From Bigelowiella natans CCMP2755 (lineage: Eukaryota > Protista > Cercozoa): DNA of 64,000 nucleotides. Under the pieces are notes generated by a model. It searched no databases and was not told the origin of the DNA. It worked only from the letters and a program-made list of their open reading frames with translations. Positions 1 through 11,234 of this stretch are shown one piece after another. Numbering within the stretch: position 1 is the stretch's first letter; the number at the start of each line of letters is the position of its first letter. A program made the translations under genes and the position numbers. The stretch spans positions 1 to 64,000 of the forward strand of contig ADNK01001003.1 of the NCBI GenBank assembly GCA_000320545.1. The letters run 5' to 3'.

Positions 1-1115
1 GAAGACCCCTGGGAAAAAGATGATAAACTACTCAGGTCCTCGCAAATACATTTCAACATGAGTGCAACATTCATCTGATATAGAACAATATCTGTTCCAC
101 TTGGTCTTAAACCCGAAATCTCTTATTTGTTCCGTTTTGCACACCTCTCTCCTCCTCCTCCTCCCCCCCCCCCCCCCTCTCTCTCTCTCCTTTTCGTTCT
201 GTTACGGGCTGATGTTGGTGCTACATCCGATCAGAAACCGCGATTTCCCGGGCGGTCCTCCCCCTCCCATCCCTTGGGCTGACCCCCTTCATGTTCCAGT
301 ACCTAGAGTCGGCACCCTGGTAGAGGACGTAGCTTCTTTTAGAACAATGACTTCACACTGCTCAAAACTACATCCAAAGTATTTTCGAATCACTGCTGCT
401 GCTACCACTACTACCACCACCACCACCACCACGCAGGTACCATAGTTTGGCTAGAAGTGTAGGGACGCCAGGACCTCTTCTTGTTAGATATTTGGGATTG
501 ATGTTTATGAGGTAGTACACTTTCGAGCGGCAGGGTCGTGTGAAGGCATCACCTGCCGCCCCGCTCCAAGATTTGTCCATCGAGTTATTGTCTGCATATG
601 GCATTCCCTACGATTGTGAAAACAACTAAGATTTTTTGCCCGGAAAAACAGCTAAAAATGCTGCTTCCTGCGTGTTTCGGAACCAGCCATGCCTTCGAAA
701 AGTTTTGATTATTCTTGCTTTCAGCGCGGTGACTGTGCCTCCGTCATTTGCTTTATTTCCACATCGAGGTCACATCCCGATCTCCAGGTATGCAAGTCGA
801 TATTCACTCGGGGCATTGACAAAATGGTATTTTTTTGATTTGGTCGTTTCTGCTCCAATTCAGCTTGGAACCAGAGATTCAGGCGGCAGCAAGAGATTGC
901 GGCTCGGAACATCTTACTTACAACAAGGGATTATGAGCGACAGTTCCTACGCCGCTTACGTTCGCATAAAAAGCGCACCTGTGCATGTGTGACTGTACCG
1001 CCTTTTGAGAGCTAAGAAAGTAATACAAATTTCAGCTATTATCTAAATTGGACGTATACTGCTACATTCGCGCTGAATGGGTGCAGCTATGTATCAACTC
1101 TAGGTGTAACGTTTA

Positions 1116-1740
1116 TGAGACGGATATAATGATTAGTTCAAATTTGATCAATAGTCATCCTAATGTAGCTATGCAATGCAGCGGCTATAGCACTTAGATT
1201 ATAGTGCATATATTGTATAGACTGTGTCAATTATGTTGGTATCTGGCGCAAGAATAGGTTAAGGTATAGCTCCACGGCAACACAGCTTCTCCTACCCATG
1301 TAGTAATAATTAGAGTAACATGGCCAAGGAATCTGCGACGTGTTCCGAGCATAGCTAAGATTCCGTCTCCATGTCGCTGCATGCATGTCTATGTTGCTAG
1401 CTACTAGCTAGTTTCATTCTGGCAAATCGTGTCTGCATGTTACGTTCGGTGTTCTAGCTTTGTTATACGCAATGTGCAACATTGAAACTGTGTGTAGGGT
1501 TTGACTCGCTGCATCCCTGCCCTCCGATTTGGAGCACACACAGCTACATCTAGATGTGTGCATCGCACAAGGATACGATTACAGACAGGGATTCCTGTGT
1601 CTGTTGTGAGGTCAGGCGCGTTCACATCTTGTTCTAGTGCAGGCAGCATCATCAATCGTCGAGATCGTGCCCATGCACCGGTGTCGTATGCGCACGTATA
1701 CATGTAGACAACTATCAGCACAGCGGATCGGCCAGGCATC
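1116..1740 (-). mobile_element. Decayed 3' end of a non-LTR (LINE-like) retrotransposon, copy 1
   Basis: 1116-1200 (tgagacggatataat...gtcatcctaatgtagctatgcaatgcagcggctatagcac) matches 15193-15272 and 35040-35125. Minus-strand catgttactctaattattactacatgggt (~1296-1322) resembles cacgtgactaatttttattgttgtatgggt of the 35 kb copy. The right boundary is approximate. Confidence 0.55.
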
Positions 1741-2029
1741 GAGCATATGCAAGTTTAAGCGTAGCTAAAACGATGTTCTGAAAACGACATTTACATACAT
1801 ATACAGGCGTGTGCGAAAAACGGCCATTTACTCTGTGGTGATTCGCCCTATGCACGGCCTTCGCTGGAATTATTCTTCAACGTTTGACGATCGTGAGCAG
1901 TAGCCTAACCTCACTACCGCAGAGGCCGTAGCAAGTATTCTCTCCAACTTGTTTTCTCTTGACCATCATGTTGAACAACTGCATGATACACAAATTTTGA
2001 GCTCTGCGACACTACATTCGTGAATTCAC

Positions 2030-2499
2030 GATGGAGCTACAACTATGACGATGATCCTAAGGCGATGAAGAGACAGCTGTGTGCTCAGCGACTAGGTTTT
2101 GAAGATCTTCCTTCTTAGCGCCCTGAATTTTTAGAGACGGCATTTATATCATGATTCCTCAAACAGAAATATATATCCCCCACAATTATCACTGCATCAC
2201 CTTCACGATGGCTATGTTCTTTTCGTTCTTGTAGAAAAAGAAGGTGGGGAGGACCTAATACGAGCAAGAAATCAGGTGTTAAAAATAAGGTGTTAATGGC
2301 ACGTTTGTATTGTAGGAGATCAGAATGGGGAACTCACTCTAACTCCGAGCTCATTGACAAGCTCGCGGTTGTCCCCTGCACAGTTCATCTTTATGATTTC
2401 CAGGGAATCGGCATTGTCACGGGCTAGCTCCTGAGAGTAAATAAAATTCCATTTGCAACTTGAAATACATGCGTAGAGACATGCTGTAGAGACATACAC

Positions 2500-2535
<36 letters not shown>

Positions 2536-3581
2536 ATTCTTTTATTAAAATATAGAAAACAAGAACTATTTCGAGGTCACCTGGAGGAAAGGGTAGATCA
2601 TTTTACATGGTCCACACCTGGAGGAGGAAGTGTTAAAAATTTCAAAATATGAGTATAAACTGACCGCCATACGGCAGGATATCCCGCTGCAAATCATCCG
2701 ACTTTACGTAGTAACGGTGACAATTCTACCAGTCAGTGTAGAAGTCCACCAGCACCAACTTATCCCCCGCGTTTTTGATGGCTGCATGGTAAGAGTCCTG
2801 AGGTGTATTGTTGCCATTTCATCATATTGTCACGAGTCGAATTTCAGCTACAGAGCCCTTCCTCCTTCAGTGAAGGAAGAATGGCGCCCCTATTTCACTG
2901 GGCAGTGATCGGTACCTTATCAACCTCAGAAATCTCGCCACCAGCAAAACAGCGAGTGCCTGTTAAGTTACATTCGGTTTCCGTTGGGTTTACATAAATA
3001 TTGATGTAGAATGCTTATATTGATTATCACACTTAAACAGGGGTGGCCCACACATTCGCTACACGCAACACACAACACACAACACACAACATCAATTTGT
3101 TCGTGTCGAAAACACTCGTGAGGGCAGGTGCGTGGTATTTCAAAACAAAATTTCCTGAATACAATGCGCAATTCCTAAATTTTCATAAGGGCTATTAAGA
3201 GGGGGGGTTCTCTATGTACTTCTGGACTGGGTAGTCGTTGCAGATCTAGCTGCTTGCAAGAAAGCTGGGGAGGACCGCATAGATCTCACTGCGTTGTGTG
3301 ACATCACCGCAGCCCTTGAAGAAACAGGCTTGAGAGGCTGTTCCAAATTTGATCGGGATCTTGTGGAAACCACAAGTAGCAGTGCCGCAGTAGCGAGTAC
3401 ACTAAAAAGAGCTACAGTAGCAGGATTCTTCATTGTTCCAGAGGTTATGTTACACCTGAAGGAAGCAAAAATCATTATCAGAGGACTAGAAAGTAACTGT
3501 GGCTTCACCATGCAAATTGAATTTACAACGTCTAAAATAGACGGGGTGAGTTACACTATCACTGGCCTGCGCAACACATAA
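2030..3581 (+). pseudogene. Possible degraded multi-exon gene of unknown function
   Basis: Exon-like segments with GT/AG borders near 2235-2320 and an open terminal frame ~3213-3581 (YVLLDWVVVADL...GLRNT*). Upstream pieces have in-frame stops and I could not build a coherent model. Confidence 0.2.
2496..2533. repeat. (CA)n microsatellite
   Basis: Directly visible. Confidence 0.95.
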
Positions 3582-3758
3582 AGTTCCTTCGCGAACACGC
3601 GTCGGATGGAACGAACTTAGATGATTAGATGCCATACCACTCTTCTGTGCGGTATTCTTCACAATGCTAAGACGTAAACGAATATTTCCAAACTCCTTAA
3701 CCCTTTCTATAATCCTTCGGAAAAAAACTCCTCTCTTCCCCCCCCTCGCTGCAGCTTC

Positions 3759-4214
3759 CTACCTTAATGCCGTTCTGGATGTCGCAGTGTGTATCTGTAC
3801 CTTCTCATAACATGGAGAAATATCCCAAATCCAGGGCAAAATATGCATTTTGAGGACACAAATCGTTGTCGCGTGTGTGAACTTCTGCAATCTCTGCTCT
3901 TGGTTGTGGTCCCCCCCAAATAAGGTTGCCACAAAGAGGACTCGATTCAAGCAAACGACAAACTCATCGCGGCATTCCGATGGAAACGAATGGACGGCTT
4001 CTTCTATTTCTTCCCAAAAGACGGGACGGACCACACGCGACATGGTTGGGCGCAAAAAACACGAGTTTTTGTTTTTTGCGTTGCGAGCTGGAATGCGAAT
4101 CGGCAGTGCCAGGTACTGCCCGTTGTTTCTCGATGAGAAATCGAGAAATCGACTCCAATATAGATCTACTCCAATGCACATTGTTGTCATGGTGAAAAGC
4201 TGTTCTCCTTTCAT
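3759..4214 (-). CDS. Hypothetical ORF divergent from the HMG-box gene (may start at MSRVVRP, ~4043)
   Basis: 151-aa ORF with no recognisable domain. Its 5' end overlaps the left arm of the inverted repeat. Confidence 0.25.
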   Translation of the reverse strand: MKGEQLFTMTTMCIGVDLYWSRFLDFSSRNNGQYLALPIRIPARNAKNKNSCFLRPTMSRVVRPVFWEEIEEAVHSFPSECRDEFVVCLNRVLFVATLFGGDHNQEQRLQKFTHATTICVLKMHILPWIWDISPCYEKVQIHTATSRTALR

Positions 4215-4790
4215 AGTAGTTCCGCGGGTATTGCGTAGTGTCCTGTGCAGTACTCCAACCTTGTAGATGAGAGTTGAAATGGGCGACGATACACACCTAA
4301 CGGAAAGGGGAAATAAATTGGAAACCAGGCTATTTCCCCAATGGTGTTTGTTGCGCTCGTGGAGGGAAGTAATCTTGTGAAGGAAAAAGGCGAGAAAAGC
4401 CTAAAACTTGACATCCCACAACTGAAGGTACCCACATCAAACGAGTCAACTCGCAGAAAATCCCTAAAAATTCACTCATCGGAAGCTCAACTCTCAGGGG
4501 GTACTTTTTGATGGATACTGTGTCGGTACCCGCAGGTTTCTTTCAAGCACGAAGTGATCGTAGATCTGTAGTGAAGATCCAGTCTGCGATCGTGCATCCC
4601 GCCCATTTCCTAGCAGATCTTTTGCCGCTGTGTGTGTCCAGAATCTATTTTTAATCATCTTGTTGAAGAGAAAAGTTACATTCTCTTATCCACGAGAAAA
4701 GTTGGAGTACTGTACAGGTCACTGACCAACCCAGAAGCCATACGCAATACCCGCGGAACCTCAACCAGCTTTCATAATGTGCATTGGAGT
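4168..4790. repeat. Degenerate inverted repeat (arms 4168-4259 and 4701-4790, ~440-bp spacer)
   Basis: Three colinear reverse-complement blocks: actccaatgcacatt (4168-4182) / aatgtgcattggagt (4776-4790), perfect over 15 bp; gttccgcgggtattgcgta (4219-4237) / tacgcaatacccgcggaac (4741-4759), perfect over 19 bp; agtgtcctgtgcagtactccaac (4237-4259) / gttggagtactgtacaggtcact (4701-4723), 21 of 23. Confidence 0.9.
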
Positions 4791-4902
4791 CGTCCGGGCG
4801 CAAGTCGTGCATGCCACGCCCGCATCAGTCTTACTTGACCTCAACGGAGGGGAGAAAATTAAATCAGAAGCTGCAAGGATCATTCCCCACAGAAGACGCA
4901 AG

Positions 4903-5787
4903 ATGAGAAAGCTAAGAAAGCTGAAGAAACCTAAAAGACCAAAGACTGCGTACAACTTTTTCCAGCTTGATCAAAAGGAATATGCTCAGGGATGTTTGGT
5001 CCACAACGAGGAGTATGCCCGTACCATTGGGCAACTTTGGAAACACCTCACACGAGAACGTCGTGCCTACTATCAGATGCTTTCTGTCAATGACCGGCGA
5101 AGATATGAGAGCGAAAACAAAGAGTACCTCAAAGCCCTGGCTGGAAAAATGAAAAAAAAAAAGTCGAAGCAATCTGTGAAGAGAGAGTCTCTTCCCTCAA
5201 TGAAATCAGAACCTCTGTCCTCGGAACCGCCAGTCTACCTAACGTCTAGTTCAGAGCCCTCAGTGTCCTTTTCACCATTCGCTTCAGAACCACCTGCCAA
5301 GCCTTCTGTGAAGGTAAATCTACCACCCTTTAAGGAATCAGAGCCTCTTTCCTTTGTAAAATCAGAACAATCCTATCTGACATCTGATTCGGAACCTTCA
5401 ACACCACTTCTATCGACTATCAAACCTTCTCTGCTTCTAAAATCTGCTTTAACTCCATCTGACGAAGGAAAAACAAAAATTCCAAACCAAGTGTCTACAG
5501 ACACTAACTCCGGCACCAAAAGGAAAAAAATACTCGACGAACCTATCGCCAAAAGATATAAATGTGTAGGCCTTCCTGACTTAGTGGAGGATAGCTTCGA
5601 TACCGCTCCATCACATGCGCCTTCAGTCATGCCCGATGAAGATGTCACAACGCAATCGAAAGTAAATGAAGCCGACGCCGACGCATTCGAATTTCTCGAT
5701 CTCGATTTAGGATTTGACACTCACAGCCCAAGCATCTTCAACGATCAGGATCACGCCTTCGTTGATGACGCATTGATTGGATTCTAG
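4903..5787 (+). CDS. Intronless single HMG-box protein, probable transcription factor
   Basis: KPKRPKTAYNFF...IGQLWKHLTRERRAYY...DRRRYESE is a canonical HMG box. It is followed by a basic stretch, a Ser/Glu/Pro-rich region and an acidic-aromatic C-terminus. ATG 4903 is preferred; an in-frame ATG at 4777 lies inside the inverted-repeat arm. Confidence 0.88.
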   Translation: MRKLRKLKKPKRPKTAYNFFQLDQKEYAQGCLVHNEEYARTIGQLWKHLTRERRAYYQMLSVNDRRRYESENKEYLKALAGKMKKKKSKQSVKRESLPSMKSEPLSSEPPVYLTSSSEPSVSFSPFASEPPAKPSVKVNLPPFKESEPLSFVKSEQSYLTSDSEPSTPLLSTIKPSLLLKSALTPSDEGKTKIPNQVSTDTNSGTKRKKILDEPIAKRYKCVGLPDLVEDSFDTAPSHAPSVMPDEDVTTQSKVNEADADAFEFLDLDLGFDTHSPSIFNDQDHAFVDDALIGF

Positions 5788-6371
5788 TTGCTGTAAGTGC
5801 TGAAATTCCACATGAAAGTAGTTGTGCATTGGCTACTATCCGAATAATGAGTCCACGATGTGACAGACGAGTCAGATTCACACATGTAAATGTTGGATCA
5901 CAATGCAAATGAACAATATCCAATGATCGAGACTGCCGAAACATGAATCAAATGGCTAGGAATTGAGCGCACACTGCACCTATGAGCGCCTGCGACGCGC
6001 ACCACGACGCATGTTGCGCTACCAGCTGCTCGATCTATAGATCTCCTAGTACTAGCGTGCAGATTGCATCCTAACCACATGTGTGGACGTGCTTGGCTTG
6101 GTCAAGCTATCTTGCAGCCATGGTGCCACGCGAACTTGTGATGCAAAGCATGCATGTCATGGCTAGATGACAACAACTACAACGAATCTGTCACAGCAGC
6201 CAAACTATCGCCACGATGGCTACAATTTTGGTGCGACAGCATGCACAGATGAACGTTGTCATGAAATGACTGGAGGTGACAACCAGCCATGTTAACGTAC
6301 AGCGCATTTCATGGGATTCAAAAGGGTTTAAATGTGTCTAAATACCTTTATCATCTACGACAATTGGCAGG

Positions 6372-8185
6372 CTAAGAGACAATGGAGGCATTTGCAATCA
6401 ATGGTAAGATCACGCCTTCCAAATATGCATCATTTTCAGCAGACGCTTGCGATCTTAAAACTGCAATTTTTGCTTTAAGATCGCGTTTCAGATGATTCAT
6501 TTCATTTTGAAGAACCGAATAGGAAGACTTCACGTCCATAGGGGTGGCTTCGTCATCACTGCTAAGACAATCCTCATCATTTTTCCGTAATCGCTCCTCC
6601 AATGAGTTATACTCGTCCAGAAGTTTCAAAAGTGGAACATATCTTTTACCTACTTCTTCAATCCATCTGAACACACAGACCTCTCCTTCTCTGAGAGAAA
6701 TTCACATACAATTCGAAATAATAAGAATCGCATCGCTTCTGAGCTACGTAATAATAGATACCTTATTTTCAGGAAAAAATAATCATCCTGGCAAGCTTGA
6801 GTTGTGACTTTTTCCGCCTCAGAAATCGCACGCAGTTGTTGTTCTGCGACTACCAGCATGGATTCTAGAGTTCTCAGCTCATTTTCAACGCTCAACGGCT
6901 CTGTTTGGCCAAACCTCATTGTCACTGTCCGCCCTCCCATGGACGAAGGTACTTTGACAGATTCCGCGAGAACCTGCGCTCGTTGCAGGGCAAACATACG
7001 TTGGGTGTTCGGATCCGAGTAGTTCGCAGATATTTCGATTATCTCTGGTCCAATGGATACAAAACCCGTGTCGAATGCTACATCTCCTCCTTCCGTATCA
7101 CCACGAACCTCTCCCTTTCCGCCTCCACATGGAACAAACCCGTATCCAAGAAGCATAAGCAAGTCCGATTTGGGGGGCTGCCCATAGTTAAATAGAATCT
7201 GCCCTCCACAGGGAATTTCTTTCTCTGGTTTCACCACAACTCTAAAGGTTTGTTCAGTTGTATCAAATCTCCATTCAGCGTTAGCATGTCCTGTATCGTG
7301 GTTAACAAAATCAGCTAGGGGAACTAGCAGGGGCTCAGGATCGATGGAAAAGTCGCTCCCCGATTTCGAAAACGAACGCGTCGTAAGCACCAAATAAGCC
7401 CAAAGGAGATCTTGAAGCCGGAGGCGAATTTTTTCGTTATATCGATCGCGGGTGAGGACAACATCTGTGAGACACTGATCCAATTTCTTCGCAAAGTTTG
7501 TACCGGCCAGTAATTGCATCGCCGGACTTTGCGTTTTCATCAGCGGATGATCTCGAAAATCCCACAATGAGGGCAGAGTTTGTAAATAGCTATACCATTT
7601 CGAACCCTTTTTCTTGCGCTTTTCTGCGGCGAGTTTTATGAGCATGAGATGAAGATCAGCAACTTGCCGTGTTGAACTGTTCGAGTTTTCTTCTAGAACC
7701 AGCTGCACGATTTCCTGCTCTTTCCTTAAGCCGCTTGGGCTGAGTGTTAGGTTTGCGGGAGCTTTCAGGATGCAATCATTCCCCTTCAAGTTTTCATGGG
7801 TATAAAGTCCGCGAAGCCCATTTGCATCCGCTTGAGTGTAGAGACCATGGGACATGTAGCAACCTTGCTCCTGCATCCATTTTCGGAGATCTTCGAAAGT
7901 TGCTTCATCGCTCTTGGATGAAGCCCCTAAGAGCTGCCGTTCAGAATGTCGGCGGTAAGTACGTAAGTTAGAAAAGAATCTCCCCAGATTCTTGATTCTC
8001 CGTCCATTCTTATCTACATGGGCAAGGCGGTATCGCAAGTCGGTCCTTCTCTGACCCGAAAAGCTGGACGGGCCTGCACCACGTTTCCAGGATCCTGACC
8101 CCCTCCCAAGAGAGTCGAGACTACCATAAAATGTGAGCGCGAATGCTACAAGCCAGCAGACTCGAGTTAAGACGTTGTAGAGCAT
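6372..8185 (-). CDS. SET-domain lysine methyltransferase, Rubisco LSMT/SETD3-4-6 type, with a bipartite targeting leader; exons 8185-6762 and 6690-6372 (580 aa)
   Basis: Motifs GLRGLY, SKWYSYLQTLP, WAYLVLTTRSF, LVPLADFVNHD and QILFNYG...LLMLLGYGF. The 71-nt GT-AG intron 6691-6761 joins LKIR to EGEVCVFRW in frame. The N-terminus is hydrophobic and then Arg/Ser-rich. Confidence 0.88.
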
Positions 8186-10073
8186 CGAATGTCAAGCGGA
8201 TAGCATCGCCGCCCTGGGGGGGAAGGTCAAACCCCGTTTTTGCAATAAGACAAGCATAATTCCTGCTCGCATTCGGAAATTAAATGCCGTTACGTTGTCG
8301 GCGAGGGTGACTTTGAGAACCCCCTGTGTTTCTAAGTTTTCCTCCGGTTTTCCGAACAAAATTGGGATGAACATCCTCTTCCGCGAGTTTTCCTGAGCAC
8401 TTCCCCCGGAAATGTGGAGGAAGCCTTCGGGAAATCCATCAGGAAGAATTCGCATCTTCTTGAGAAGGAGAAATTGTGCCTGCGACAATCAAATCAGAAT
8501 GTCGCAACACTAGTCGTGCGTAGGAACGGAGCAGGAACGCGGAGTCCTCTCGGAGGCAGATAGCACAGCTAGACAGGAGAGGGCTTGCCCCACACCACAT
8601 GGCCACGAAGATTACCACAGCGACCATGACAGGGAGGAAGGAAAATGGCGCAGGAAAGAATGTGAAAAGATTCGAGCGAAGTAGGACGAAACCAGAGTTG
8701 GAGAATCCTGATGAAGAACAAGCATCGGCACTGCCGCCGATTGTCATGCCAGTTGCGCTGCCCAAATTACGAAGAAAGAAAACAACTGAGGACATGAGTC
8801 GACTTCTATTAAAAAGTAGGAACGATGAAGATAATTAAAATTCAGAGGACTACGCACAGTGGGATTGCCTACTGTGATTTTCGAAGTCGTTTTGCATCGA
8901 GTGAATCAATGCGATGAACGGAAGTTTTCAAAGCGGATCGAAAGGAATGGTTTTCAACATGGAAATGAAGGTCTATGTTACGAGTGAATTATGCCACCAT
9001 CTACAATTTAGACTGAAGCGTTGTGCAGCAATGCAGCTGTTGGGCTGATGCTCTTCTAAATCAACGAGCAGTGAGAAATCAAATGATCAAAGGATGTTGA
9101 ATGAGTCTTGAGAAGGGACATGAATGTCAACATGATGGACACAGTACATCACATCACGCATGTCTGTGATTAACGTGAAATGTGTCAATGCAAATGACAG
9201 ACATGCAATGCTAGAATGCCACACGCTAGCACGTGACACTTCCACGATGTCACAACTCGCGGTCAAACCCGGCAACACTTGGCTGCAGCGCAAAAGGCGA
9301 GGCGTGCGCGTACACGCGCACCGAATCACATTGATGAATTCGATCACAGAACACACTTACAGCTTGGCCGAGCGTCAACATCCAATTTTGACCGAGAAAC
9401 GACCAATGATGTGTCACTTTCGAAGGCCAAAAACGCCACATTTTCACGAAAAGTGTGAGAAGTTGCATGAGAGTTGCAAGCAATGTGTAAATGTGCAGCG
9501 CTGCAGCAGTGTTTTGAATGCGCAAGCGCGTGCACACACGCTCACCACACGCACAGGAAAATCCCAGCTGCGTGCGAACACGTCTAGACGTCCCACGCGC
9601 GCTTCGGAGTGGGTGCCGCTGATTGGCCAGCGTGCCGCGGTGGTGGGTCTGAGGTGCTGCGCACGAGTGCAGGCCTAGAGGTGCGTGCGTGCAGCAGGGT
9701 GGAACTGATGAGAGTTCCTTGCCGTCACCATGTGTGCTGCCTTGTTGGGCCGCCCCTGGCCATGCGGGACTTGTCGTGTTCGGGCAGAAGACTGCATTGT
9801 GGCGCCATGCATCGCAGCGCCACAGATCGTGCTGTGGCATGGTGTGATTTTTGGCTCTGCACCTGGGCTCGCAGTTTCGAAGAGAGATGCTGTCTCAGGC
9901 TTTGACGAACATTGACGATTCTTGTGGTTGTTGCCGTTGTTGTTGTTTTCTGCTGCTACTCCTGCGTTGGTCAGAGCTAGAGAGGTCATCAAAGCGTTGC
10001 ACGATGCATTGCACGTGGCCAACATGCATGGAAGATGCAAAGCACACATTGTAGCCATCAGCAGAGTTGATTG

Positions 10074-10750
10074 TCAAAATGAGTTCTCTTTCACACGGCT
10101 CAACGTGTAGGGTTGACGAGCAACCGAAGACGAACATCTTGAGCTCACAGGATTTGCCAGTTGTCGGTCCGCTTGCTGAGAGCTAGAAACCATGGAAGGC
10201 ACATCTTTCCCAACGATCGTTCGCATTTCTCGAGGCGAGTTCGAAAACAACAACTTGTTGGTCCCGGGGGTAGATGATTTTTTTTCTGTAGAAAAATTGG
10301 ATCCATTGCTGATGGAATCCTTGTCGTCCCTGTTTGTGCCGTAATCCTCTGTGTTTTTCCCAGAAGTACCGTTAGTTTCTACGCTGCCGCATACTTGAAT
10401 GAAAGACTTCCCAAGTCGTGCAAATATTTTGATGTAATAGGATATCTAAGTAAACATGCAACAAGGAATGTAATTTGTGTATGTCCTTGTCAATAATACA
10501 GAAATGTGATAGACTCTTTCTGTTAAAACAAAGCAGAATGAAGAAAGTTATCGACCAATTTTTGTACCGGCCAACATAAGTTTAAAGCAATTGTGTTTGC
10601 AAGCATGTCCCAGAGGCCTAAATAGATGCACGTACATGCAAGTACACAAACAGTAAGTGTAATAGTACCTACTCCAATTATATTTATATTTATATATAGA
10701 TTTATATCATATGTGTAAATATATATGTATATATATTATATATACTTTAC

Positions 10751-10811
<61 letters not shown>

Positions 10812-11049
10812 TTTAATTAACCGGTCGCACCTCCCATTCAAACGAAGGGTAAAAAATTAAAACTCATGATTCTAACATAAGCTGAATTTTAGATGGCCAC
10901 CAAACAGTTGAATGGGGCGGTCGCTAAGATTACAGATTCTAATCAAATATATCTTTTTAGAATTCCTGAATATCTAATCACAAGCAGAGTTTTCCAAAAT
11001 TTAACTATAATTTTTGGAATACATATTCATAACACATATATAAATTAAA

Positions 11050-11140
<91 letters not shown>

Positions 11141-11189
11141 ATCTTTATACTTACAAATATTATACGTATATTAAATATATATTTTTCTT

Positions 11190-11234
<45 letters not shown>

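Noticed and set aside
1-992. Short ORFs at 62-445, 368-604 and 636-992
   Set aside because: They run through simple repeats, show no domain, and I could not determine strand or exon structure. They may belong to a gene extending left of the window.
8497-9010. Protein-like basic segment on the + strand (ORF 8599-8838)
   Set aside because: Stops on both sides and no convincing splice model. Possibly a pseudogene, but unsupported.
9087-10058. Cluster of overlapping Cys/His/Ala-rich ORFs
   Set aside because: By-products of TG/CA-rich decayed DNA with no coding signature.
10821-10925. Possible MITE (cccattcaa ... ttgaatggg)
   Set aside because: Only ~9 bp of inverted match, no target-site duplication and a single copy in the window.
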